From the NCBI RefSeq assembly GCF_001194135.2, contig NC_068984.1, positions 24,988,999 to 25,052,998 of the forward strand: DNA of 64,000 nt, read 5' to 3'. This document shows positions 11,611 through 24,107 of the stretch, piece after piece; the stretch's first letter is position 1; every line of letters starts with the position of its first letter. This DNA is from Octopus bimaculoides. Its lineage: Eukaryota. The notes under the pieces were generated by a model that saw only the letters and a program-made list of their open reading frames with translations, was not told where the DNA came from and did no database searches. The position numbers were made by a program, and so were the translations under genes.

Positions 11611-13120
11611 GCGCGTGATAGACAGAAAGATATCAAAATGAAATCAAATATATTCAACAGAATTATCACAATATCCTATCCTGTGATACTGTAACAGACA
11701 ATCAAGAACATTCAAATAATTTCTGTTTGGTATATAATTTGGAAGGAAATCTCTACTGTAGTAATTATTATTGCCAAAATTGCCTGCAAGAGCACTGGCT
11801 TCTCTTTTGCATTTTTTTTTTTTTTTTTCATGGAGTGAGTGGGAAGAAATTGACAGCATCCTACTTATAGAACAGAGTTAGATGACAAAGATATACAGGA
11901 TTTCCAGTAAAATTCATGACTCTGTATAATTTGGATTCCATGGGAGAAAAGAAGATATTTCAGGCTCTCTCTCTCTCAGAGTTCCAGAAAGTGAAATTCC
12001 TTTCAACCAAACTCATAAATTCACTGCATAATTTTCTCTAACACAGACCACCTCTAGTTGCCTTAGAGTGGTCTTTTACCTGTTATACAATATATATATA
12101 TAGGCTTATCTATATTATTAATATAATAGCATATTTAACAGCTATGTTATTAAGAAAGTAAATGGCATACCAGCAAACTATTGTCAAGAGAAAGTAAGTA
12201 TTGTCATAGGTTAAGTTAGTTAAATGCAATGAATTGTGTTTCTTCATCCTTCGGCCATAAACAATGAATATAAGCAAGTAGTGAGTGTATTAGCTTGTCA
12301 TTTAGTTTATAGCTTCAATAGAAAGAAAAGCATAATGGAAACTGGTTATTATTTTATGAGTTCAGTATCTCATACATACTGATTAAGGTGTGCCATCAAT
12401 AACAGCATAAACAGAACAGTAAAAAGCAAACAAATTAAAAAGCTGGCACCACAGTAGGAACTGTAAATAGGAATTTAATATCAAACAATGCTAATTTAAA
12501 CACCCTTATTACAAGTAATGATTATTTATACTCTCTGTGGTATACTTGCTTTAGTAAAAGAGAAAAGAGTTTTGCTGCAATAATTTAGAGTTAGGGTGGT
12601 AGGTTCCTGCTCATTTTCAAAGCCATTTCATATTAGCACTTCCTAAACAAGTTATATTTAGTAATGTATTATTAACAGGACAGCATTTGAATATGAATAC
12701 ACAACAACTTTCAGTCAATAGGTAATACTACAACCATATAATACTACCCTGGCCAACATACTCTTAATATCATACATTAGGAATTTCTAATGAGCATATT
12801 TAATTAAATTAATTAGAATGAATTTTTTTTTAATGGTGAGTCAAATAAGTAGAAACTAAAGAAAGTAAATAAGACTAACAGGCACCTAGCCTGAAAGAAA
12901 AAAAATGCAGCTATGCTTTAAAGCATTGGTTCAACTTTGCTTTGGTTTTGGAATATTGTTGGATGACGAAAGTTTAATAAAAGGTGTTGATCAGATTATT
13001 TTCATACAGAACTACAAAACTTATTCCACACTGTTGCTTAACCTCAGGTAAACACAGATTGAGTAGACCATGACTAATGATTTGACATTAATGCACACTG
13101 TGCTTTGAGGCACTACAACT

Positions 13121-14400
13121 CATCATCATCATTTAACGTCCATGTTTCATGCTGGCATGGGTGGGACAGTTTGATAAGAGCTGGCCAGGCAGGAGCCTGC
13201 ACCAGACGTCTGTGACTGTTTTGGCAGGATTTTTATAACTGGATTCCTTTCCTATCACCAACCACTCAGCAGAGTGGACCTGGTGCTTTTTACGTGACAT
13301 AAGCACAGGCAAGGTCAGTTTTGGCAAGGTTTTTACAGCTGGATGCCCTTCCAAACACTAACCACTTTACGTTGTGAACTGGGTACTTTTTAAGTGGCAC
13401 CTGCAGAGACAGGGACACCAAGTACTTGTAAGACAAAACAAATCTCCTTTGAGAGGGGAGGGGCGTTGGAGGAGGTGATCTGCTGTTGGTTGATGAAAGG
13501 TTATAGTGAGACAGAAACAGGTGTCTTGCTGTAGAGGAGGTACAAGGTTACCAGGCTGGAGAAAGAGAGAGAGAAATCAGGAATGAAGACAGAAACAGGT
13601 GCACTACTTCAAAGGAAATACATGGTTACCCAACCTGAGGGGAATGCAGAAGGAGAGAAAGAGAGTGGGAAGACAGTACAATAGAGATGGTGGCAAAGTG
13701 CTGGGCATAATCACAAGAGACGGAGATCAGAATATAAATGGGATGGTTGAGTAAAGGAAGAGAGAGGTATTGATGGTGGCAAGTACCAGGGTATACCCTT
13801 GAGGTTGAGTGCCATAATATAAGTGGCAGGATATTGTAAAGGAAGTGTGATTAAATAGTGCAGATCGTGGGGAGTAACTGACAAAAACCTGGGTGTATAT
13901 ATAGAGCCAGGGGCTACTGGATAGCAATGATACAGAGGTACAGGGCTGTGAGGACAGGATTGGGGAGTGAGAGGTAGGCACAGTGTATGAAGGAAGAAAT
14001 ATGAGGTAGAGATGTAGATTGGTTTGTTGGGGTAGGCTGTGTGAAAAGTTTTCTTGTTATGTGTTGATGGAACACACAGCTTGGGGGCTAGCGAAGAGCA
14101 CTGATACAGTGGCATAGGGACAACAGGACAGGATTGGGGAGTCGGAGGTAAGCATAGCGAATGAAGTGGAAATGTGAGGAAGAGAAGAGCTGTAGAGATG
14201 TAGTTCGGTTTGTTGTGGTAAAGTGTATAAGAAGTTTTCTTGTTAAGTGTGCGTGGTACACACAACACTTCTAGAACTCAGTTTCACTGATGTGGGCGGG
14301 TCTTCTCAAGAACTTCATATTGCCAGATATCTCAGTCCATTGTCATTTCTTCCATGAGGCCCAACATCCTTAGATCGGTCCTTACCACTTCATCCCACAG
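13121..14400 (-). mobile_element. RTE-LINE 3' fragment with ORF end and ~1.2-kb 3'UTR
   Basis: Tail module at 13121-13400 (partly duplicated). About 14290-14400 on minus encodes LWDEVVRTDLRMLGLMEEMTMD*DIWQYEVLEKTR, the same ORF end as the 28-kb copy. Confidence 0.75.
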
Positions 14401-15118
14401 TTTTTTTTGAGTAGTGCTGGTGAATGGAATTTTTGAAGGATACAGTGTTCTGATAGCTAACAATCAGTGGAGATAGTTTATATAATGTAATTTTACATAC
14501 CCTTAATGTGTCTTTTCATTATTGAAGATTATAAGATGTAATTTGGCTGCTATTTCTGTAGGGCAAGCAATTATGTGTAGGCCACTTTATTAGCTAGATT
14601 GATGCCTAATTCAAAGAAATATTCTGCAAATAATGGTTGTCAGCAATAAATATTTTACACGTGCATTATTGATCAACTAGATAATGATGGAACAACTGTA
14701 CAGCTTTCACATGAAAGTGCCAAAAATAGCTACTCTTGAAATCAAAGGGTGGATTAACTTGTGTGACATTTACTAAAAATAATTCTTTACATGGTTGGGT
14801 TAGTTTTATGATCTCACAGAATTCCATGATGAATTTGAAACAATTAGTACAAAGCCTTATGAATTTTATCCAAGTATTCATTAACAACACACTAAATGCA
14901 AATGTAAGGTTATCCAACAAAGAAAAATTAGAAGGAAAAGAACCGCACTTATAAATAATTGATATTCCTTTATATTTCATTTTCTTTCAAGCATCACTGA
15001 TATAACAATATTAATATGTACGGTATTTATTCTAGTCATATTAACTCTTTTTTTTCCCCCCATTTCTATTCTGTAAACTCTTCCATTTCACATTCTTATG
15101 TTTGTACATGAGTGCATA

Positions 15119-15160
<42 letters not shown>

Positions 15161-15380
15161 NNNNNNNNNNNNNNNNNNNNNNNNNNNNNNNNNNNNNNNN
15201 NNNNNNNNNNNNNNNNNNNNNNNNNNNNNNNNNNNNNNNNNNNNNNNNNNNNNNNNNNNNNNNNNNNNNNNNNNNNNNNNNNNNNNNNNNNNNNNNNNNN
15301 NNNNNNNNNNNNNNNNNNNNNNNNNNNNNNNNNNNNNNNNNNNNNNNNNNNNNNNNNNNNNNNNNNNNNNNNNNNNNATA

Positions 15381-15548
15381 TCATCATCATCATCATCATC
15401 TTCGTTTAACGTCTGCTTTCCATGCTAGCATGGGTTGGACGATTTGACTGAGTACTGGTGAAACCAGATGGCTACACCAGGCTCCAATCTGATTTGGCAG
15501 AGTTTCTACAGCTGGATGCCCTTCCTAACGCCAACCACTCAGAGAGTG
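15381..15548 (-). mobile_element. RTE-LINE 3' tail
   Basis: Near-identical to the tail modules at 36813, 43631 and 57427. Confidence 0.9.
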
Positions 15549-15582
<34 letters not shown>

Positions 15583-16546
15583 TACATACAGCAAGCTTTT
15601 TGAAGTTTGTGTATACCAAATTTCATTCAAAAGACATTGATCAACATGAAGCTATAGATGAAGGTACTTGCCTAGGATACATGGTATTGTGCAGGTGGAC
15701 TAAACCAGTGAACTTTTTAATCAAACAGCCAAACCCTATGCCTGCCCAGGATGTAATTCTTTCAAATAACATTACCTATCTCAGTCTTGCTCAACTCTCC
15801 CCAATAAAGCTTTCATAATCATATGAAAGCATAAAAAAATTATCCTTTATTCACCTAAATGCAATTTATTTCTGTCAAAATATCAGTTAGTAAAAGGTGA
15901 GAGAAGTGAAAGAGAGAGAGATAAGCAGATAGAAAGAGAAAGAGAGAGAGATAAAAAAAAAAAAACAGAGTTATATAGATGGAAGTAGAAAGCACCGAAT
16001 TGCTAAATATTTCAACAGCATGCAATATCTTACTAAAATATCCAACAAACTATTCACAATATTACATGTGCTAGGTTAGGTTTATATTCTCCTAAGTTAT
16101 ATCAATATATATCTCCAATGACCAAGGCTTGTAGCAAGTAAGATGTAACACCTGTAGAACTGGTTCTTTTATAGCATAAGAAAATAAGTACATCTCCCTA
16201 TATGAAGTTACTTTGTTTTTGTTTTTTGTTTGTTTTTTTATTGCTAGACTTTTCTGCCATAAAGTTATCTTCATAGACTAAAGAGAGCAGAATTTTTTGT
16301 TTTAGCCAAAAGTGCAATGCAATAGTTATTTACAGCATGGTGTGAACTTGTGATACAATAATTGGTAATCTTCTGATATGATATTAAATTACCCACTTTT
16401 GCCACTGATTAAATAATGCACGAAGAAATAATTCTTGCAAGTTTATAATAATTGCATAGATTGCTGTAATGATATTCACACATAAGAAAGCAATTATCCA
16501 ACTATACTATATAGCATATATACATAAATATTTCCTATCCTAATTG

Positions 16547-16760
16547 ATTGTCCCAGTTTTCAAAAAAGGCAACAAATTGCTGGCAGTGACTTGTCAACTG
16601 ATCCCACTTACCTCTTATATTGTCAAATTATTTGAGAGAGTGCTGAATTTTTGAGTAAGTCACTTTCTGAAAAGTAATAGCCTACTTATTCCCAACCAGC
16701 ATGGTTACTGCAATGGCAGGGACTGCCTAATACAGCTCCTGCATCACTTTGATGACATCC
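16547..16760 (+). pseudogene. CR1/L2-type LINE RT N-terminal fragment
   Basis: IVPVFKKGNKLLAVTCQLIPLTSYIVKLFERV..NQHGYCNGRDCLIQLLHHFDDIL resembles IVPIFKKG..NYRPISLTS..K.FE..QHGF..GRSCLTQLL; one stop codon. Confidence 0.75.
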
Positions 16761-17325
16761 TATGGAACTTCACCATTTAAATTGACAGAAAGATAGATGC
16801 AAATAGGCCAGACATTATATTGAAAGACTTCAGGCAAAAATCATGCCTCCTCATTGATATGACTGTCCCAATCAACATAAATGTATCTGTCAAGACCTAC
16901 CAAAAACTGAGCAAGTATAAAGATCTTGAAACAGAAATTGGCAAAATGTGGAACTTCAAGACTAAATCAATACCTGTTGTCATAGGTGCCCTAAGAATGA
17001 TAGCAAAAAGGGCTGATTGCTACCTAGATCAGATACCAGGAAACCCCAAAATGGCAGAAATTCAAAAGATAGTACTCATGGAAACTGCCCATATCCTACG
17101 TAAAATATTGTCTATGTAATCTCAAATTTTAAAACAAACTCGTAATTTTCTTGTTTTCTTAAATATTCTCTAGAACAAAACTGTGCAAAACCAAATATAT
17201 GACATCCTAGGCATAACACCAATATGAACTTCTAACTTGTCTCGTGAGGTCTCTGAGTGAGACTTGGAGCCAACTTGTACAAATACAAAGCAAAAGTCAA
17301 ACATAATAATAAAATAAATAAATTA
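16757..17325 (+). mobile_element. 3' end of a restriction-like-endonuclease non-LTR retrotransposon (R4/HERO/NeSL-type)
   Basis: ILWNFTI*IDRKIDANRPDII..LLIDMTVP..KLSKYKDL..W..IPVVIGAL is a PD-(D/E)xK RLE domain ending at the stop at 17119, followed by a 3'UTR and an AAT-rich tail. The exact clade needs a database check. Confidence 0.8.
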
Positions 17326-18311
17326 ATTAAAATGAAATTGTCTATAAAATTAAATAGAAAATATGAGCTATAAATAATATGAAAACGGAATACGAGTTGC
17401 CTAATAGCAAAATAGCTGTGCATAACCTTTTAAAAAAAATGGCTATGAACATTTTTAGATAAAAGGTAAAGCATCAGATTTTATTTCAACTGTTGGCAAG
17501 TTTTTAGAAAATATTCCTATTTAATAGCAATTAGCTAAATAAGTAAATAAACAAACTATAACAAGAAAGTACAGCCTTGATTTTGATGAAACTAAACAGT
17601 TTTGTCCTCTTAGTTTCTGTAAAAATACAATGACTAAAAGAGGTAGGTGTTTCTCTGTGAGAAAAGTAAATAAATCTGATACCTAAATTTATAATAATAA
17701 TAATGATGATGATAATAATTAATAAAACACATACAAATTCTCGAATTATACAATCTTTAAACCTTTTAAGTAGTTTATATGTTGCCAGAGTCAGGTATAT
17801 GGTGAGTAACTATAGCTTTGTAATTCAAGTTAACAAAAAGAAGAGCAACAAACATGATAGACAAGTGGTAATAGCCATCAAAGAAAATAATGCCTGTAAT
17901 TTTATATATTCTTGACTTCGCAGTAGGTGAGTCTGTTGCTGATCATTAGTATTCTTGTGTTTTTTCTATCCAATCTTTCATCAAGTGAAATTAATTGTAT
18001 TGAGAGGTTCATGCAGCTAATCATTTATTGTGTAAATAAAACCACAAAGTAAATAGTTCTCATTTGTCAGTGGAAACAAGGACTTTATCAAACTTTGTAG
18101 ACATTTTGCCAGAGTAAAACTTGTGTTCACAATTTAAACATTTCTCAGTTGGTATTTTTTTCTAACCAAAATGTACAATAAACTCAGGTTTAAATAGTGT
18201 GTAAGTGTTATTTTGATTATAATCCTCTATTTTAAAAAGTTTTGATATTTATTCAGAAAATATTGTGATAATATGAATGTTTTTTTGTTTTAAAAATTAC
18301 ATTTAGTTGCA

Positions 18312-18680
18312 AACTTGGCTCTGTGGCTTAGAAGGGCACTTCCTAACCACATGGTTATAAGTTCAGTCTCACTAAGTGGCACCTTGAGCAAGTGTCTTCC
18401 ATTATAGACCTGAATCGCCCAAAGTCTTTTAAGAGGATCCAATAGATGGAAACTGAAAGAAGCTCGGTGTGTGTGTGTGTTGTATGAGTGCATGTGTTTA
18501 TGTATCTCTTCATCTTGTTTCCAGTCTTCCATGACAATGTCTCCATCTATAAGGAAATATCCCTTTGCTTTGAAACTGATGAAGGTTGGCAACAGTAAGG
18601 CATCTATCTGTAAAAAAACCCTGCTTCACTGAATTCTGTGTGACTCATGCAAGTATATAAAAGTAGACCTAAAAATGACA
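18312..18680 (+). mobile_element. tRNA-head CORE-type SINE: head, core, (GT)n, RTE-like tail
   Basis: TGGCTCTGTGG A box, AGTTCAGTCTC B box, GGCACCTTGAGCAAGTGTCTTC core. Related copies at about 45961-46310, 51600-52222, 36675-36810 (+) and 37260-37380, 15640-15750, 23880-23975 (-). Confidence 0.75.
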
Positions 18681-19087
18681 ATAGTTTATTAAAGGAAAAT
18701 TAAGACTAAAGGGTAATTAAATTAGGCATTGTGAGAGTCATAGCTAATCTCATCAATATATATATAGATGAGATCACCAAACTTATCACAATGAAGGAGC
18801 CTCTACATGGTCATTTAGCCCACTAGAAATAGCAATCAAAATCTTTCTAAAAAATTTAAAGGGACAGAGGAAGGAATTTGAAATTAGAATGAAGAAGGGT
18901 ATAACTCTATACTATATGGCACTTAGTCCACTGCATTAATTTTACAAACCTCCATCTAAAACATCTATGCACTTTCGTTTTATGAAGTCCCTACACAGTT
19001 ATAAGACATAACTATCCCTTTTAACTATAGAAATAACTGGCAGAGCAAAGACAAAACAGTCCTTAGCTATTACATATCAGTCTTACA

Positions 19088-19740
19088 TTTTGTCTTTGCT
19101 GTGCATGAGAAAACCTGGCAAGCCAAGTGAGACCATAATCCAAGGCCTCTGCCAGGGGTGTAGCCAGCCCATTTATGTGTACCTTTCCTTCATTGGAGGC
19201 AAGTGAAATCAAAATCGAACCAAATTCGATGACTGGCACCCATGCTAACGTCTCCTTCATTGGACACTAAACTCGGCTTGTGAAGACCTGTTGGGGCAAG
19301 TGAAAGCGAAATTGTGATGGCACCTGTACCAGTGGAGTGCTAAGAACACCGTCTGAGCATGATCGTTGCCAGAGCAGCTGTCTATCTCCATTTGAGCGTG
19401 ATTGTTACCAGCGTTGCCTTCCTGGCACGTGAAAAGACATTCGAGTGAGGTCGTTGCCAGTGCCACTGGACTGGCTCCTGTGCAGGTGGCACGTAAAATA
19501 CACCATTTTGAGTGTGGCCGTTGCCAGTACCGCCTGACTGGCTTTCATGCCGGTGGCACATAAAAGTACCCACTACACTCTCAGAGTGGTTGGCGTTAGG
19601 AAGGGCATCCAGCTGTAGAAACTCTGCCAGATCAGATTGGAGTCTGGTGTAGCCATCTGGTTCGCCAGTCCTCAGTCAAATCGTCCAACCCATGCTAGCA
19701 TGGAAAGCAGACACTAAACGATAAGGATGATGATGATGAT
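19088..19740 (+). mobile_element. RTE-LINE 3' end (ORF terminus, 3'UTR with hairpin units, (GAT)n tail)
   Basis: Starts with the AVHEKTWQAK* ORF end, contains GCCAGT-N8-ACTGGC units, ends CCATGCTAGCATGGAAAG..GATGATGAT. Confidence 0.9.
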
Positions 19741-19886
19741 GTACTGTTTATTAACATATTTAAACACCTGATATTTTATAAACTTCAGCTGAAGTTGATC
19801 TTTTCTTTATATTTTCAGTCACACCCAATTTCAAGATATCAGAGCAAGAGCATCAAACAAATCATTGTGTGTGTGCACGCATGCGT

Positions 19887-19956
<70 letters not shown>

Positions 19957-20608
19957 ATTGTAGATGTGGGAGGCAGAAATTAAATACCAGTAATAAAATA
20001 TTAATTTATTTTTTTATAAAATCCGGTCAAAGTAGGTCAGAAATGAATAGGGTTATAATCAAAAAGAGGGTGGGAAATCATTTGTTTAAGAAACACAAAC
20101 TGTTGCCTATATTTAAGGCAGAACAATTTAATAGACTTGTATAAAGGTAAATGACTTCAGTTGTCACCTACTCAATATTTTTTTTCTTCTTTAAATTCTT
20201 GATACCTGTTCAGGAGATGACTGAAACAAGTAAATCCAGTTTACAAGTTTGTCTATAAACTAGAAGTCAATCCAACCATGTAAATGAATCATTCTAGAAA
20301 AAAATATTTCAGTCAGTGGGTGGAACATACAAGACAGAAAAAAAACTTCAGTTAAAAGTTCCACCAATATATTACATTAAATTAGTGATTCACAACCTTT
20401 TTACACTTGCGTAACCCTTAAAATAAATTACATGTCTCAAGGAACCCCTGCACAAAAAAATTATATACCATATCTTTCTCATATTTTTTTTCATCAAAGT
20501 TCATGTGGCAAATATCATATTATATATATATATATATATATATATTTGACAAGAAGGACAACAAAAGAAAGAAAGAGACCTCAATATTATGCAAATAGAG
20601 GAATTTAA

Positions 20609-20790
20609 CTGTAAAAATATGTGACACATATTCAGTAGCCATGATAAAACTCCGAGCTTCGGATGCCAGGGTGGGAGTGGAATTTTCAATGGTCGGATAA
20701 CTGAAGAGATGTTAGCGTGGGCTCCCACCCTGGCATCCAAAACTTAGAGTTTTATCATGGCTACTGAATAAGTGTCACATATTTTTACAG
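20609..20790. repeat. Foldback element / MITE-like inverted repeat, 69-bp arms, 44-nt spacer
   Basis: 20609-20677 is the reverse complement of 20722-20790 with 5 mismatches by hand count. Confidence 0.9.
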
Positions 20791-21699
20791 ATATATATTT
20801 ATAGGCAAGAATGGAGAACAAATTTCAAAGGTCAGGTCCCTTTATCAAATGAAATCACTTCACATCATAGGCATATTCATAGACAGTATCAATTCAAGTA
20901 CAAATAAACAAATAATGAAAGCAAATACCTGAATTGATGCTGTATATCAATATGCTGCAATATTAATCAAGGTTCACAGTAACACTATATTCATTATTAC
21001 TGCATCTGAAATACTTTTAAACCAGAAAATTCAAGTGTAAGCCTCATTTGTTTATGACCTGAAGGATGGTCTTCAGGCCACAGACTAAACAATCCTAAAG
21101 GTATCCTTATAAAAAGTATATTCAGCACACCAACACACTTCAGCTACTAACTGGTAGGAGTGTTATTCCTTCTGTAAATTTTTCTTCTCCATTTACTATA
21201 GCAGCTTCTGTTTCTTGTAACCAGCAGGCTGCATATCCCAATGCATAACCATACATCCACCCACTTATTTTGCCCACCAAATTCTATACGAACATTTTAC
21301 TCAACCTTTTTCAACTGAAGACTGTAATATTCTGAGAATCCTCTCTGTCAGCAGCAATCTGCAGAAGCTGATCATTCACCATCTGCTAGAACTTGCAAGA
21401 TTGCTGCCATTCCTTAAAATAAACACTCACACACATTACACACATTATTACTCATCCTTGGTCAAGTTTCTAACAAATCACAGAGTCACTGGTTACATCT
21501 TAAATTTCTGGGATTTTACTAAAAGAAAATTCCAAACAAATTAAATGATGGCTCTTGTTTACAGAGTTCAGCAAGAAACCCATTCTGTTCCTTTCTCTCA
21601 TATGTTAACACCTCATCTCCTAGCATAATGCCACCTCTCTTTCTACTGTAGCCCAATTCAGTTGAAGGGAATCAGTCTTGCAAACTGCATGTTGACCCC

Positions 21700-21878
21700 C
21701 ACTTATGGTAGTGCCATGCGAAAAAGTACCCAGTACACACTGTAAAGTGGTTGGTGTTTGGAAGGGTATCCCATCATAGAAACCAAAGCAGGCATTAGAG
21801 CACAATATAGTCTACAGGCACATCAGATTCTATCAAACCATCCAACCCATGACAGCATGAAACATGGTTGTTAAATTA
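21700..21878 (+). mobile_element. Diverged RTE 3' tail
   Basis: AAAAAGTACCCAGTACACACTGTAAAGTGGTTGG..CCAACCCATGACAGCATG. Confidence 0.7.
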
Positions 21879-22619
21879 TGAGAATACACACACACCCACA
21901 CACTTATTACTCCATCCTAAATCGAAATGTTAGATTCTGGCTCCTGAAAATATAAACCTATAAAATATGATTAACAGATATAAAAAAAAAACTGCATCTT
22001 AAGAAAACATAAATATGCCTAGAAACGAAGTGTGTGTAGGTGTGTGTGTGTAAGAGAGAGAGAGAGAGAGAGAGAGCATATATTTATAGCATTGCCAAGA
22101 GACGAAATAACCAAACAAATACACAAATGCATATTTTCTGTTAGTTACAGGTGTATATACAAAAGTGGATCCCAAAGTAAATGACGAGTAAAAGAATCAA
22201 TCTACTCCTAACATCACATTTATTTGCATAAATAATTACATTAATGCCTTCATCTAAAGCATTAGTGTAACTTCTTAGAAGATAGAATTCAACTGTCACA
22301 AGACAAAGCAGACATCTTAATCCACCTTGTGAACTGTGTGTGTATATATATATATATATAATACAAATAATATATGAGTATATGCATATATATGTACATG
22401 TATGTACATACCTTCATCTACATGTATATATAGATGCATATCTGGGTACATGACGTTGCAAAAAAAAAACATGGACAAAATTATAAACAATGTACAGAAA
22501 ACACACGGGCCACATAGAGAACATTTCCTTCATCAGCTGCCACTATTATAACACTGGCGTTTCGAAGAGTTAGGGCAATATATANNNNNNNNNNACACTG
22601 GCGTTTCGAAGAGTTAGGG

Positions 22620-22659
<40 letters not shown>

Positions 22660-23047
22660 TTGAGAGAAGTGCAAGGGCATACAATATATATTAAATTCTA
22701 GTGCAGCTTAAATCCTGTTTAAACCACTTCATATATCTGGTACCCCAAATTAATATTCATCCATGAACAAAACTAAAATCAAATTTCAATGTTCCAAGCA
22801 GATTTAATTATATACTGACACTAAATCAACTATGACCTTCTCCATTATTATAATTATGTTATAATTATAGTACCCATATTGCACATCTGATGGTTTTCTA
22901 ATTATTGTTTACTGTTTTTGAAAATTATTAAGCCTGCCTTCCGAAAATACCTTACTTAGAAAAAGGAACCACAAAGTTTTTCTCCATCTAAAATGTTGTT
23001 GAACAAACTCTCATTTTCACAAAAAGTTCAAATAGTAGAATTAATTT

Positions 23048-23199
23048 CATGCCACACAAGCAGGAGAATCCAGTCATGGTTGTCACGCAATTTCTGAAAT
23101 CACATCACCTCTAACATCTGGCCACCTAACTCCCCAGACTGCAACTCCCTTGATTATAATGTGTGGGGCACAGTTGAGTGAGAGACCAACAAAACTCCT
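23048..23199 (+). pseudogene. 152-bp copy of the DD37D transposase segment at 24527-24678
   Basis: Four substitutions relative to the larger copy; shares both TGA stops. Confidence 0.9.
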
Positions 23200-23846
23200 C
23201 AGAATTTTTGCCAAAAGGCATAAAATTTAATCCAATATTTGAACTTCACGTTTCACTATTTACTAACACAGACCATCACTAGTTTTTACAGATTATCACA
23301 ACAACCAAAGCTAATTTTTAATACGCATTGCATATCTTACCTTCTCAGTTGCTTGCTGCTATCCACTAGTCAGTATAGGTTATATGAGGTATTGAAGAAT
23401 AACCACTGAAGTATGCCAGGTAAATAAATAACTGAACTTTGTGGTTAACTAAAAAGTGTTTTGTGTTCTTGTTAGCGAGAGGCAATAAAGAAATCTTCAG
23501 AATTAACAAACATCAGAAGATTTTGTCAAAAGCAGAAGATAACTCAAACGAGGTTTGCATCTGTAAATGTTTCAGTTACATGAGAAACACTAGTAATGGC
23601 CTGAAGTGTAATTTTTATTTATTTAATGGTTTACTCAGATCCTCCTCCTCTGACTAACAACAGGCCTTTTTCAAGACCACTGTGACAGGTTTGAGGAATG
23701 GACAAAGTTATTTTCAGACTAGAGGCCGACTTGGATGCTTGCAATAGAATGAATAAACTCTACTAATGATGCATGAGCCAAATAGTGGTATTAAACTGGC
23801 TAACATATTAAGTTTGCCACTCAAGAACATTTAACAGTCTTCCACA

Positions 23847-23911
23847 TGTTTTTAGCATAGCTTTGAGTCAACCAAATGAAATTTGGTTGACTCAAAGCTA
23901 TGCTAAAAACA
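23847..23911. repeat. Perfect 31-bp inverted repeat with 3-nt loop
   Basis: TGTTTTTAGCATAGCTTTGAGTCAACCAAAT-GAA-ATTTGGTTGACTCAAAGCTATGCTAAAAACA. Confidence 0.97.
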
Positions 23912-24042
23912 CACAGGACTGAACTTAGAATCACATAGTTGCAAAGCAAACCTCATAATCACAGCCATACCAGCATTTATCTTAGTAATGCAAAATCAAG
24001 GGAGTAGTAATAATGTTTCAGAATTTCAATATATATATATGC

Positions 24043-24099
<57 letters not shown>

Positions 24100-24107
24100 T
24101 ACATACA

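Noticed and set aside
22515-22580. GAAAC..CTGATGA on the minus strand as a permuted hammerhead
   Set aside because: The cleavage triplet would be GUG and stems I and II do not form.
22550-22630. Direct repeat ACACTGGCGTTTCGAAGAGTTAGGGCAATATATA around a 10-N gap
   Set aside because: Same assembly-overlap artefact.
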